Shown piece by piece: positions 9,642 through 20,624 of a stretch of DNA of 64,000 nt; the first letter of the stretch is position 1; each line of letters begins with the position of its first letter. Origin of the DNA: Nostoc sp. (GTDB lineage: Bacteria; Cyanobacteriota; Cyanobacteriia; Cyanobacteriales; Nostocaceae); assembly GCA_036918135.1 (NCBI GenBank), contig JBALDB010000001.1:1-64000 (forward strand), written 5' to 3'. Position numbers and translations under genes: made by a program. Below the pieces are notes generated by a model that did no database searches, was not told where the DNA came from, and saw nothing but the letters and a program-made list of their open reading frames with translations.

Positions 9642-9740
9642 TTGTTTTTTGTCATTTGTTATTTGTCAATTGTCAGTTGTCATTTGTCCTTCGTCTAAAA
9701 CTTATTACCAATGACTAATGACCAATGACCAATGACTAAT
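9636..9740. repeat. Heptamer STRR tracts (TTTGTCA / CAATGAC), inverted relative to each other
   Basis: tttgtca...ttgtcagttgtcatttgtc and ccaatgactaatgaccaatgaccaatgac. Confidence 0.8.
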
Positions 9741-10144
9741 TACAATAATCCTTCGAGTTGGCGACGAATTTTGTCTAGTTCAGAATCAGACAAATCTGGT
9801 TCTTCTGGTGGCTGCTGCTTGGGACGGGAAGTATCCTCTTTCTCGCCATCTGGTTGCCAGTCGGTTTGTTCAACGTTAACTTCTGGGGGAGTGACAACTG
9901 AGTTGCTGTTTTCTGAGATGATTTCCCAGTCATATCCAGCACTTTCACAAAATTCTTTGACTTCTTCAGCATCGATCGCCTCTGGTGTAGGTGTGGCAAA
10001 ATCTTGAGCTTCCAGCATCAAAGCATAACGCGTGGCATCGTCTTCTGACTCGAACATCAGAATTGTATTGCGAGCGCCTCTGAGAACCGTGTGAATCCCT
10101 TCGTTTTCTGTTCCAGCGTTAAACATTAAGACAAAAACACGCAT
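9740..10144 (-). CDS. DUF3110-family protein
   Basis: VFVLMFNAGTENEGIHT...FESEDDATRYALMLEAQDF...RRQLEGLL. Confidence 0.85.
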   Translation of the reverse strand: MRVFVLMFNAGTENEGIHTVLRGARNTILMFESEDDATRYALMLEAQDFATPTPEAIDAEEVKEFCESAGYDWEIISENSNSVVTPPEVNVEQTDWQPDGEKEDTSRPKQQPPEEPDLSDSELDKIRRQLEGLL

Positions 10145-10422
10145 AAATGTAGTTATCTATTATTTTCAGGTCTAGATCTATTTATATTAAAGTTTTAGGC
10201 TATCCCTTAAGGAAAGTCACACTCGCAATTTTCACTTTATTCAGATTTTCCTGAAAGCGCCAACATCATTGAGCATAAGTATTGGGTTGAGCAAATGCCG
10301 TAACTTGACCCATGAGTTCTTGGGTTTAGTTAACGTATCCTGGAAATGGCATAGTCAATTCAATGTGCCAGTTAATGCTTGTGTGTGCCAGCTATATCCG
10401 GCAATTAATACAGTGAAAGCAA

Positions 10423-13400
10423 ATGACTAAATCTCCCAATCAAAATTGTTACTCCCCTTCCCCCATTCGTAAGCGTCTGTGGTTGCTGGTGTTGAGTCGC
10501 GGTGGTATTGCCTTGGGAGGAATTTTGCTGATTGGAATTGTCGGTGGTATTTGGCGGTTGTGGATTTTTGTCCAAAAAGAGTTAACGCCCTTGGCACAAC
10601 AAAGTCTCACCACTACACTCAACCGTCCAGTCGAACTCGGAAGAGTCACACAATTTTCGTTGACGGGAGTGCAGTTTGGTGCGTCAGCTATCCCAGCGAC
10701 AGCTACAGATCCAGACCGAGCCGCAGTCGAAGCTGTGGAGGTGACTTTCGACCTATTGCAGTTAATTTTTAACCGCCACCTCAAGCTAGATGTCACCTTA
10801 GTCAATCCAGATATTTACATTCAACAGGATAACCAAGGGCGCTGGGTTTCTACTAGTATCGCACCATCAGGTAAAGGTGGCGTCATTAAAACAGATTTGG
10901 ATAAAGTGTGGTTTCGCAATGCCAAATTGGTGTTGATGCCGCAGCAGAGGAGCAGGGGGCAGGGGGGCAGAGGGGTGAACAATAACTCCTCACTCAACAC
11001 TCAACACTCTCCCGTATCATTTTCCCAACTAAATGGATCTGCCCAACTTTTAGCAAACAATCAGTTGGTCAGGTTTGAAGTCGGGGGTCAAGCAGACAGT
11101 GGTGGTAGTATTTCCGTTCAGGGAGAGACGCGTTCTCAGGTATTAACAGGGAATTTACAGTTGCGAGTACAAGATTTTCTAGCTGCGGATATTACTCGTT
11201 TAATTAAGTTACCAGTGAACTTACAAGCGGGTCGAGTCAATGCGGATTTATTGGTTCGGTTGATAGCACAACAGCAGACTTTATTGTTTGGCAATGCTGC
11301 TGTTGCCGGAGTAACGGTTGAATTGCCCAAAGTGCCGCAACTATTGAGCAATACCCAAGGAAACCTGCGTTTTCAGGGAACCGAATTGCAGTTAGATGAT
11401 GTTACTACTAACTATGGCAAAATTCCCCTAGTGGCTAGTGGAATCATTGACACTCAAGCAGGCTTGAAGTTGGCAGCGCGTGTAAATGCAGTGAGTTTGG
11501 CGAATGCAGTAGATACCCTCAAGGTAAAACTACCTGTACCAGTAAGTGGGAAAGTACAAGCTTCTTTGCAGATTACTGGCTCGACTAAAGAGCCAATTCT
11601 GACAGGCAAAGTTGCCACAATCCAAACTGCCCGAATTGATAAACTGGATTTTAATAATATTAGTAGTAAATTTGAGCTTGTTACTAGTTCTTCTTTAATT
11701 ACTCTCAAAGATATTCAAGGATTCGCTAAAGTCGGTGGTGAAATTACGGGCGCTGGCACAATTGAAATCGGTAAAACCCCACGACTGGATTTAAATTTTG
11801 CTGCTAAGAATGTTCCAGGAGATGCGATCGCTAAAGTATACCAACTAACCCCCAGTTTCCAAATTGGTAATCTCTCGGCTACAGCACAATTATTTGGCGC
11901 TCCTACCAATGTCCAAACTGTGGTAAGATTCCAAGCTCCTAACGCAACTTATCCTGGAACTGGCCAAGTGGCGATTGCTCCCAATCGTACCCTCTCTTTT
12001 AGCAATGTAGCTCTGAATGTGGGTGGTGGTACAGTCCGAGCAACTGGTAGTTATGCCAATCAGCGTTGGCAAACTGTTGCTGTTGCCTCTGGGGTGGAGG
12101 TGCAACGTTTTGTAGATCCAAATCAACTGCAAAATGTCTCTTTGGCAGGGGCACGATTCAATGGGCGTCTGATCCTCTCAGGCAGCACAGCACCATTTGA
12201 AATTGCCACAATTCGCACTCAGGGCGCAGCAGTCACAATTGGTGGCGGTACAGTTGCAGTTTCTAATATCCAACTTCAAGACCAAAATTTCTCTGCTCAA
12301 CTCGTAGCTAATAATGTGCGGCTGGGACGAATATTAAAACAGTCTCCCCCAGCTTTAAATAATCCTTTGGCGGGTACGTTCAAAATCGCAGGCAACAAAG
12401 ATAATTTCAGCCTCAAAACTCTCCGTGGCAGTGGTGAAGGCCGCTTGACAATTGGCAGTGGTAGGGTTATTGCAAAAAATATTCAACTTGCTGAGGGTTT
12501 ATATCACGCACAAGTGCAAGCAAAGAATGTGCCTGTACAGCAGTTGGCAGCAGTACCAAAGCAGTTTCAAGGTGCATTAACAGGTGAAGTGAATGTGGCG
12601 GGTTCTGTTGAATCCTTCCAATTGCAAGCCATCCAAGCCAGCGGTCAAGGGCAGATAAATGTTGGGCGGGGGACAATTACAGCCTCTAATATTCAACTTT
12701 TTAATGGTGCTTATCAGGCGCAAATCCAAGCAAAGAATGTACCTGTGCGGCAGTTGGCAGCAGTACGACCGCAGTTTCAAGGTGCGTTGACTGGTCAGTT
12801 TAACGTCGCGGGATTAGTTAATTCCTTAAGTCCACGAGCAATCCAAGCCAACGGTCAAGCATTAATAAATGTTGCAGGAGGAACGATCGCCGCCTCTAAT
12901 ATTCGAGTGAGTAATGGAGTATACCAGGCACGAGTTCAGGCAAATAACGTACCGTTGCAGCAGTTGGCAGCAGTACCACCGCAGTTACGGGGAACGTTAG
13001 CTGGTCAAGTCAACGTGGCTGGTTCTGTTGAGTCCTTCCAACCGCAAACAATCCAAGCCGTCGGTCAGGGACAAATCAATGTTGCAGGTGGGACGATCGC
13101 CGCTGCTAATATCCAAGTAAGTAATGGTCGCTATCAAGCTATTGTAGATGCCTCAGGCGTAGAATTAAATCGGTTCAATCAGCAATTGCGGGGTCAATTA
13201 GGCGGCAAATTGCAATTAGCTGGCAGACTCGCATCGTCTCAATTAGCTGATGTGCGTGCTGCTGGACAAGTGCAGTTATCCCAAGGTATCCCTGGACTTG
13301 AGCGACCACTAAGTGCGGCAATCGCTTGGAATGGTGAAAGGCTGACCATCGAGCAAGCAACTGCTCCCGGTTTAAATGTGACTGGTAACATCTTAGCCAA

Positions 13401-16335
13401 TGCCAAACAACCGGGGATACCAGAAATTACTGCCCTAAATCTCAACGTCCAAGCCCAGAATTACGATTTAAAACAGTTACCTATCAATCTTCCTAATCAG
13501 GTTGCGGTGGCGGGGAGAGTAGATTTTAATGGACAAGTCACTGGCAAGCTACCTTTACCAAATGTAGTCGGGCAACTTAATTTAAGAGACTTGGTTGTTC
13601 AAGATATTGCTTTTGAACCGTTGTTAACGGGAAATATTAATTCGGCACAGGGACGCGGGTTGAATTTGAATTTGGCAGGAAATCGCGACCGCCTTGCTTT
13701 TAATTTAGATGCCAATAATCGCCCGAAATCTTTTTTAGTCCAATGGCAGCAAGCATTGGCATCAGGTAATGTTCGAGGAAATGACTGGACAATTAAAGTC
13801 GCAAATTTTCCCTTACAAATATTAAATTTGACTCCACCGCCAAGTACTCGTCTTGGTACTGGAAAAATTGCTGGATTGTTAACAGGGGATTTACTCTTTA
13901 ATCAGCAGACATTGGCAACAAGTGGAAATTTAGCGATCGCTAACCCAGAAATTGGCCGGGTAAAAGGCGATCGTTTAGCAGCTCAATTCCGTTACGGTAA
14001 TGGTAAAGCTACACTTACTAGTAGCCAATTTGTCAAAGGTAATAGTAGTTACGCTGCTGTTGGTACTTTTGCTCAAACTCCCCAAGGGCCTCAACTACAA
14101 GGTAGACTCAATGTTAGCCAGGGCAAAATCGAAGATGTTCTGGCTGTAGCACAGGTATTTGATTTACAGGATTTGCAAGGTGGTTCAGCTCCAAGCTACG
14201 GTACAGCAGCCGATCTGACCACTAGCGCCCAGGGCTGGTCAAATCAGCCGTTATTAACCCAACTCCAGCGGTTTTCTGAAATTAAAGCCTTAATAGCACA
14301 ACAGGAACAACAGCGACTTGATTCCACTCCCATACCAGATTTAGCTGACTTAAAAGGCACTTTCAACGGGGAAGTGGCTGTAGATACGGCTACAGCTAAT
14401 GGATTGGCAGTGCAATTTAATTTGAATGGAGAAAATTTTGCTTGGGGTAAAAAAGAAGAACGCAGTCGTTTTTATACTGCTGATAAATTGATTGCTGAAG
14501 GCAACTTTGAAAATGGTGTTTTGAGTTTGCGACCTTTACGAATCGAATCTGAAAACAGGCTGATTGCTTTCACAGGTAACATTGGCGGTAACGAACAATC
14601 TGGTCAGTTGCGGGTGAATAATTTTCCAATACAAATATTAAATAATTTCGTCAAACTACCAGTTGGCATTACAGGTAATCTTAATGCTACAGCGGCTTTA
14701 GCAGGCAGTATTGCTAATCCCCAAGCCAGAGGGGAATTGCAAATCACCCAAGGAACATTGAATCAGAACCCAATAGAATCAGCGACGGCAAGTTTCAGCT
14801 ATGCCAACGGGCGCTTAAACTTTGATAGTACTGTAGCAGTTACAGGGCCGGAACCTGTGGATATTACTGGCAGCATACCTTATAAATTACCTTTTGCAAC
14901 CGTTGCATCAGACAGCGAGCAAATCAATTTGGATATGAAGTTGCAAAATGAAGGATTAGCACTGTTAAACGCATTGACTAATCAAGTGATGTTTGAAAAA
15001 GGTGAAGGAGAAGTAGACCTGAAGGTGCGTGGAACATTGCAACAACCACAGGTAGATGGAATTGCTACTGTTAATAATGCTACTTTTTCAGCCCAAGCTT
15101 TGCCAGGTAAGCTCAGACGTGTTACAGGTAAAGTACTATTTAATTTTGACCGGATTTTAGTAGAAAATCTTCAAGGTAGATTTAGCCGAGGTAAGGTAGA
15201 GGCGGCTGGAGAAATTCCTATTTTTGATAGTAAGAATTTAACTATCAACAATCCTTTGACAATTAATCTCGAACAGCTAGCATTAAATCTTAAAGGACTT
15301 TACCAAGGAGGCGCTAGCGGTAATTTGCAGATTACTGGTTCTGCCCTCAACCCACTGATTGGTGGTCGGGTGGATTTATTTGATGGTCAGGTATTGCTAG
15401 CAGAATCTACTAATACTAGTACATCTGTAAATAATAATGGTGTTGGTTTGTCATCAATAAAAGCCAATAAGCAGACTCCAGCAGAAATTGGAAATGGCAG
15501 CCCAGATGCAATCGCCAGATTTAATAATCTAGATCTGGAACTAGGTAAAAACGTGCAAATCACCCGTCCACCTATTCTCAGCTTCCGTGCAACTGGTAAT
15601 CTCATAGTCAACGGCTCAATTAATCAGCCCATACCCAATGGCACTATCAGATTAGAACAAGGTGGCGTAAATTTATTTACTACCCAATTTAACCTTGTTC
15701 GTGGTTATAAACATACTGCAACTTTTAGTTCCTCCCAACCGCGCGACCCTGACTTGAATATTCGACTATTTGCTAAGGTACTTGATATAACTCAAGGTAA
15801 TGATTTGACCAGGGTAAATTCCACAGGTTTATCAACCTTAGAAAGTGTTCGAGTCGAAGCTACTATTAATGGTCTGGCTAGCAAACTAGATAAAAATCTA
15901 GAACTAACAAGCAGTCCGTCACGTAGTCAAACTGAAATTGTTGCTCTTTTAGGAGGTGGGTTTATAGACACTCAAGGACGTGGCGACAGTACTTTGGGTT
16001 TGATTAACATTGCAGGTTCAGCAGTATTCAACAATTTCCAGTCAGCTTTTAACCAGATTGGTAGTACCTTTGGCTTGAGTGAACTGCGGATATTTCCTAC
16101 CGTTATTTCTGAGAATCCCGAAGCGGGAAGACCCAATTCAAGTTTAGAATTGGCAGCCGAAGCTGGAGTTGATATTACTCCTAAAATATCTGTTTCTAGC
16201 ATTAAAATTTTAACTACAAATGACCCATTTCAATGGGGTGTTAATTATCGGATAAATGATGAATTTCGGGTACGCGCTTCTACTAATTTAACGGATGATA
16301 GTCGTGCCGTAGTAGAATATCAAACACGGTTTTAA
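10423..16335 (+). CDS. tamB: Translocation and assembly module TamB (DUF490) protein
   Basis: N-terminal TM anchor, long beta-rich Gly/Gln repeats, C-terminal PDLNIRL...LTSSPSRSQTEIVALLGG. Confidence 0.88.
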   Translation: MTKSPNQNCYSPSPIRKRLWLLVLSRGGIALGGILLIGIVGGIWRLWIFVQKELTPLAQQSLTTTLNRPVELGRVTQFSLTGVQFGASAIPATATDPDRAAVEAVEVTFDLLQLIFNRHLKLDVTLVNPDIYIQQDNQGRWVSTSIAPSGKGGVIKTDLDKVWFRNAKLVLMPQQRSRGQGGRGVNNNSSLNTQHSPVSFSQLNGSAQLLANNQLVRFEVGGQADSGGSISVQGETRSQVLTGNLQLRVQDFLAADITRLIKLPVNLQAGRVNADLLVRLIAQQQTLLFGNAAVAGVTVELPKVPQLLSNTQGNLRFQGTELQLDDVTTNYGKIPLVASGIIDTQAGLKLAARVNAVSLANAVDTLKVKLPVPVSGKVQASLQITGSTKEPILTGKVATIQTARIDKLDFNNISSKFELVTSSSLITLKDIQGFAKVGGEITGAGTIEIGKTPRLDLNFAAKNVPGDAIAKVYQLTPSFQIGNLSATAQLFGAPTNVQTVVRFQAPNATYPGTGQVAIAPNRTLSFSNVALNVGGGTVRATGSYANQRWQTVAVASGVEVQRFVDPNQLQNVSLAGARFNGRLILSGSTAPFEIATIRTQGAAVTIGGGTVAVSNIQLQDQNFSAQLVANNVRLGRILKQSPPALNNPLAGTFKIAGNKDNFSLKTLRGSGEGRLTIGSGRVIAKNIQLAEGLYHAQVQAKNVPVQQLAAVPKQFQGALTGEVNVAGSVESFQLQAIQASGQGQINVGRGTITASNIQLFNGAYQAQIQAKNVPVRQLAAVRPQFQGALTGQFNVAGLVNSLSPRAIQANGQALINVAGGTIAASNIRVSNGVYQARVQANNVPLQQLAAVPPQLRGTLAGQVNVAGSVESFQPQTIQAVGQGQINVAGGTIAAANIQVSNGRYQAIVDASGVELNRFNQQLRGQLGGKLQLAGRLASSQLADVRAAGQVQLSQGIPGLERPLSAAIAWNGERLTIEQATAPGLNVTGNILANAKQPGIPEITALNLNVQAQNYDLKQLPINLPNQVAVAGRVDFNGQVTGKLPLPNVVGQLNLRDLVVQDIAFEPLLTGNINSAQGRGLNLNLAGNRDRLAFNLDANNRPKSFLVQWQQALASGNVRGNDWTIKVANFPLQILNLTPPPSTRLGTGKIAGLLTGDLLFNQQTLATSGNLAIANPEIGRVKGDRLAAQFRYGNGKATLTSSQFVKGNSSYAAVGTFAQTPQGPQLQGRLNVSQGKIEDVLAVAQVFDLQDLQGGSAPSYGTAADLTTSAQGWSNQPLLTQLQRFSEIKALIAQQEQQRLDSTPIPDLADLKGTFNGEVAVDTATANGLAVQFNLNGENFAWGKKEERSRFYTADKLIAEGNFENGVLSLRPLRIESENRLIAFTGNIGGNEQSGQLRVNNFPIQILNNFVKLPVGITGNLNATAALAGSIANPQARGELQITQGTLNQNPIESATASFSYANGRLNFDSTVAVTGPEPVDITGSIPYKLPFATVASDSEQINLDMKLQNEGLALLNALTNQVMFEKGEGEVDLKVRGTLQQPQVDGIATVNNATFSAQALPGKLRRVTGKVLFNFDRILVENLQGRFSRGKVEAAGEIPIFDSKNLTINNPLTINLEQLALNLKGLYQGGASGNLQITGSALNPLIGGRVDLFDGQVLLAESTNTSTSVNNNGVGLSSIKANKQTPAEIGNGSPDAIARFNNLDLELGKNVQITRPPILSFRATGNLIVNGSINQPIPNGTIRLEQGGVNLFTTQFNLVRGYKHTATFSSSQPRDPDLNIRLFAKVLDITQGNDLTRVNSTGLSTLESVRVEATINGLASKLDKNLELTSSPSRSQTEIVALLGGGFIDTQGRGDSTLGLINIAGSAVFNNFQSAFNQIGSTFGLSELRIFPTVISENPEAGRPNSSLELAAEAGVDITPKISVSSIKILTTNDPFQWGVNYRINDEFRVRASTNLTDDSRAVVEYQTRF

Positions 16336-16454
16336 ACTATTCAAAATTTAAATTAATATACCTGGAATAGTTTGGAGAAAATGTAAAATTCACATTCTGC
16401 ACTCGTAACTGTCATACACTAGCAAAAAGTAGCTCAAGTAGTACACAATAACTA

Positions 16455-16551
16455 ATACCAATTCAAAATTCAAAATTCACGCATTAAGAAAGCCAGACAG
16501 AACAAAGGTTTAAGAGTATGTATCTGTCGCATTCTTTTTTCAAATTGGTAT
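16455..16551. repeat. MITE-like repeat
   Basis: TIR ATACCAATT...AATTGGTAT with internal AAAATTC heptamers. Confidence 0.6.
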
Positions 16552-16656
16552 AAGGAAGATAAATAGTCAGCCAGCTTAATCATTAATGATGATCGTTAAG
16601 CTGGGTGAGTCAGAAAAAAGGGAAGCTTTGTGATGAATATAGAATTTTTATTGTAA

Positions 16657-16774
16657 TATCATGTCCAACTAATTACTTATGATTACCGTATCTGTGCAAA
16701 AATCCCAGAAGCCTCTTTCCCCTGCTCCCTGTTCCCCTGCCCTCTAAATGATAAGTCTTTAACAGGATATGATA
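16657..16774. repeat. MITE-like repeat
   Basis: TIR TATCATGTCC...GGATATGATA with internal CCCCTGC-type repeats. Confidence 0.6.
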
Positions 16775-17092
16775 TTTAAGTCCCCTAATCTATGCTCTAT
16801 ATAGGCTACCTCCCTGCCTAGCATTTGGAACAGACGAGTTGGTAAGGAGGACTTCGAGCGATTGCACTCCCATCTAGTTACAATGGCACAAAGAGGACGT
16901 AGATTTATCATCTTTGACTACGAAACTTTGTATAATTGTTTTTCACTAAATATAGCTCGTTTGGTAGTTTCATGACTTAAGTAATGAAATGTATCCATTA
17001 CTCGTGTAAGCTAAATAAGCTGATAATCTCAGCGATTGTATCAAGAAAAAATATAGTTCTATCAGATATGCGATCGCATATCTTTAATTAAA

Positions 17093-20000
17093 ATGCCAAA
17101 CTCAAATTTGAAAGATGACCCATTATGGTTCAAAAATGCAATTATCTACGAACTAGGTGTTCGCACATTTGCTGACAGTAATGGTGATGGTATTGGTGAT
17201 TTTCCAGGACTGACAGAAAAACTAGACTATTTACAAGATTTAGGTATTACTGCCATTTGGTTGTTACCTTTTTTTCCTTCACCACTCAGGGATGATGGTT
17301 ACGATATTGCCGATTACACTAGTGTCAATCCTATCTATGGCACGTTGGAAGACTTTAAAGCGTTTTTGAGCGCTGCTCATCAGCGCGGTATTCGTGTAAT
17401 TATAGAGTTAATTATTAATCATACCTCTGACCAACATCCTTGGTTTCAAAGAGCACGTCGCGCCCCGAAAGGAAGTCAGGAGCGAGATTTTTACGTTTGG
17501 AGTGATACTCCGGAAAAATACCGAGAAGCGCGAATTATCTTCCAAGATTTTGAGACATCTAACTGGACTTGGGATTCAGTTGCTCAAGCTTATTGCTGGC
17601 ATCGTTTCTATTCTCATCAGCCGGATTTGAATTATGATAATCCCTTGGTGCGCGAGGCAGTATTTGATGTTCTAGATTTTTGGTTGGAGATGGGTGTCGA
17701 TGGACTACGCATGGATGCTGTGCCTTATTTATACGAACGGCAAGGAACGAACTGCGAAAATTTACCCGAAACCCATGCCTATTTGAAGGAGTTGCGATCG
17801 CACATCGACGCCAAATTCCCTAACCGGATGTTATTAGCTGAGGCGAACCAATGGCCTGAAGATGCAGCGCAATATTACGGTGCCGGGGATGAGTGTCACA
17901 TGAACTTTCATTTTCCCCTAATGCCGCGCTTGTTTATGGCAGTGCGGATGGAAGATAATTTCCCAATTGTAGATATTCTCCAGCAAACTCCATCGATTCC
18001 TGATAACTGTCAGTGGGCATTGTTCCTCCGCAACCATGACGAACTGACTCTAGAAATGGTGACAGATGAAGACCGGGATTTTATGTATGGAGCCTATGCA
18101 CAAGACCCGATGATGCGGGTAAATTTAGGCATCCGCCGCAGATTAGCGCCGCTTTTAGGGAATGACCGCCGCCAAATTGAGTTACTCAATAGTTTACTAT
18201 TATCTTTGCCAGGAACCCCCGTACTTTACTACGGTGATGAAATTGGCATGGGAGATAACGTTTATCTAGGCGATCGCAATGGTGTTCGCACACCTATGCA
18301 GTGGAGTTCTGACCGCAACGCTGGTTTTAGTCGTGCCAACCCGCAACGCTTGTATCTACCCGTGATCGTTGACTCAGAATATCACTACGAAGCACTCAAC
18401 GTCGAGGCACAACGGACTAATAGCAATTCTCTTTGGTATTGGATGAAACGTTTACTCGCTACTCGCAAACGATTTGTGGCATTGGGTGAAGGGCGTTTTG
18501 AATTGGTACAGTCTAATAATCGCAAAGTTTTTGCCTTCAACCGGATTACCTCTGAAGAAGATGTCTTGGTAGTAGCAAATTTATCTCGTTATGTACAAAC
18601 GGTGTCCTTAGATTTATCAACCTTCAATGGGCTAATACCAGTAGAAATTTTTGGTTCCACTGAGTTCCCAGCGATCGCAGAATCGCCCTATTTCCTCAGC
18701 TTAAGTCCTTACGGGTTTTACTGGTTCACCTTACAACGTAAAACTAGCTCAACTCAACCCCCTAAACCCCATGCAGATTTAGTAACTCTGCTGGTAAATG
18801 GTTCATGGCAGAATGTAATTTCGCAACGACAGTCAAAAAGCGTTCTAGAATCAACACTGCGGGATTACCTCTATACCTGTAGCTGGTTTGACGGCAAAAC
18901 TCAGACTGTACAATCAGTACAAATCATTGAAGCAATTTCTTTACCCTATAACCAGCAGATAGCTCAAATTGTTTGGTTGCAGGTAGATTATAGCCAGGGA
19001 AACCACGAAACTTATCTGTTATTTCTCGCCTATGCAGAAGGTGAGCAAGCAACACATCTTTTAGCAGAAATGCCGCAAGCTATAATTGCACGGCTTGGGG
19101 TGCAAGGTAAAATAGACACTCCTCCAGCCAATACTCAAGAAGTTGGAATTTTATTTGATGCTTTAGCAGACAAGAACTTTCTCACCTCACTGCTAGATGA
19201 TGCGATCGCTAATCATCACTCTTATAAAGGGATAACCGGAGAATTATTTGGCACTACTACTGATTCATTCTCGGAATTGCGCCGACAGTTAACCAATCAT
19301 GAGCCGACTGTCCTAAATAAAGAAGAAGAAACCAATACTTATATAGTTTATGGCGATCGCTTGTTATTAAAACTCTTCCGCAAAGTCGAGGAGGGTTTGC
19401 AGCCAGATTTAGAAATCCGGCGTTTTCTATATCAGAAAAAACGCTTGCAACACTCATTTTTCCTAGCTGGTGCTTTAGAGTACCGCCGTGCAAATAAAAT
19501 AGGTAATAAAACTGCCCTACCCACAACTATAGGTATATTACAAGAGTTTATTTCAGATATTCGTAGTGGCTGGGACTACACCCTTGATAGTTTACAAAAG
19601 TACTTTGATTTAGTGACCACAGAACACGCCACTATTACCGAAGTGCCTCTGCCATCAGGTTCCTTGTTGGATTTACAAAGAATTGAAATTCCAGAATTGG
19701 CAATTGCAACTATCACTTCTTATCTGCAAAGTGTTGAACTGTTGGGTAAATCCACAGCTGAATTTCATATAGCACTGGCTACAAATACAGATAGCTCAGA
19801 CTTTGCTCCAGAATCTTTTTCATCACTTTATCAACGTTCGATATATCAAAATGCACGTAACTTAACTGGACAAGTATTTCGATTGTTAAAAGAACGAGCA
19901 AACTACTTACCAGCCGATACTCAACCATTAGCATTAGAAGTTCTTAATAGCCAACAGAAAATCTTAGAACGCTTTCAGTTAATTGTTGGGCAAAAAATTA

Positions 20001-20485
20001 CGGCATTGCGTACTCGTCATCACGGAAACTACCATTTATCGCAAGTATTTTACACAGGAAAAGAATTTATTATTCCTGATTTTGAAGGCGAAGTAGATCG
20101 CAGTTTAAGCGAACGACGGATCAAGCGATCGCCTCTACGAGATGTCGCAGAAATGTTGCTATCTTTCAACTATGCAGTTAACGAAGCTCTCGCCTATCAA
20201 AAAGAATCTGGGATGATCCTGCCGGAAAATTTACCCCTTATAGAACAATGGGGACAGTTCTGGTATACCTGGGTCAGTACTAGCTTTCTCAATTCTTATT
20301 TAGAAACTGCTAGTCAAGAATCTTTCCTGCCAAAGACAACACAAGAACTAGATGTGCTGCTTTTTGCCTATCTTTTAGAGCAAGCGATTGATGCACTAGG
20401 CGATGAACTAAATAACCCCTCTGATAAAGTAGAAATTCCACTCCAATTTATTCTCCAATTATTGAGTAAAACTGCTGTCGAATAA
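17093..20485 (+). CDS. treS: Trehalose synthase (TreS) fused to a maltokinase (Pep2)-like domain
   Basis: GH13 motifs NHTSDQHPWF, GLRMDAVPY, LLAEANQ, FLRNHDELTLE; C-terminal DFEGE...KRSPLRDVAEMLLSF. Confidence 0.95.
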   Translation: MPNSNLKDDPLWFKNAIIYELGVRTFADSNGDGIGDFPGLTEKLDYLQDLGITAIWLLPFFPSPLRDDGYDIADYTSVNPIYGTLEDFKAFLSAAHQRGIRVIIELIINHTSDQHPWFQRARRAPKGSQERDFYVWSDTPEKYREARIIFQDFETSNWTWDSVAQAYCWHRFYSHQPDLNYDNPLVREAVFDVLDFWLEMGVDGLRMDAVPYLYERQGTNCENLPETHAYLKELRSHIDAKFPNRMLLAEANQWPEDAAQYYGAGDECHMNFHFPLMPRLFMAVRMEDNFPIVDILQQTPSIPDNCQWALFLRNHDELTLEMVTDEDRDFMYGAYAQDPMMRVNLGIRRRLAPLLGNDRRQIELLNSLLLSLPGTPVLYYGDEIGMGDNVYLGDRNGVRTPMQWSSDRNAGFSRANPQRLYLPVIVDSEYHYEALNVEAQRTNSNSLWYWMKRLLATRKRFVALGEGRFELVQSNNRKVFAFNRITSEEDVLVVANLSRYVQTVSLDLSTFNGLIPVEIFGSTEFPAIAESPYFLSLSPYGFYWFTLQRKTSSTQPPKPHADLVTLLVNGSWQNVISQRQSKSVLESTLRDYLYTCSWFDGKTQTVQSVQIIEAISLPYNQQIAQIVWLQVDYSQGNHETYLLFLAYAEGEQATHLLAEMPQAIIARLGVQGKIDTPPANTQEVGILFDALADKNFLTSLLDDAIANHHSYKGITGELFGTTTDSFSELRRQLTNHEPTVLNKEEETNTYIVYGDRLLLKLFRKVEEGLQPDLEIRRFLYQKKRLQHSFFLAGALEYRRANKIGNKTALPTTIGILQEFISDIRSGWDYTLDSLQKYFDLVTTEHATITEVPLPSGSLLDLQRIEIPELAIATITSYLQSVELLGKSTAEFHIALATNTDSSDFAPESFSSLYQRSIYQNARNLTGQVFRLLKERANYLPADTQPLALEVLNSQQKILERFQLIVGQKITALRTRHHGNYHLSQVFYTGKEFIIPDFEGEVDRSLSERRIKRSPLRDVAEMLLSFNYAVNEALAYQKESGMILPENLPLIEQWGQFWYTWVSTSFLNSYLETASQESFLPKTTQELDVLLFAYLLEQAIDALGDELNNPSDKVEIPLQFILQLLSKTAVE

Positions 20486-20490
20486 CAATT

Positions 20491-20624
20491 TATAGCAGTT
20501 TGCAAGTAAATGAGGTACGAAATGGAGGAATTAAAATCAGACATAAACAGTTTCTACCTCCTGCCTCCTGCCTCCTGCCTCAAAACCCGTAGCTTTGTAC
20601 TTCATGCAAGAGAAAACTGCTGTA
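20491..20624. mobile_element. IS630-type MITE
   Basis: TA-flanked TIRs TAGCAGTTTGCAAGTAAATGAGGTAC / GTACTTCATGCAAGAGAAAACTGCTG; internal CTGCCTC heptamers. Confidence 0.75.

Noticed and set aside
9636..9740. Tandem repeats as a possible CRISPR array
   Set aside because: 7-bp STRR units without unique spacers. No canonical array was seen anywhere in the window.
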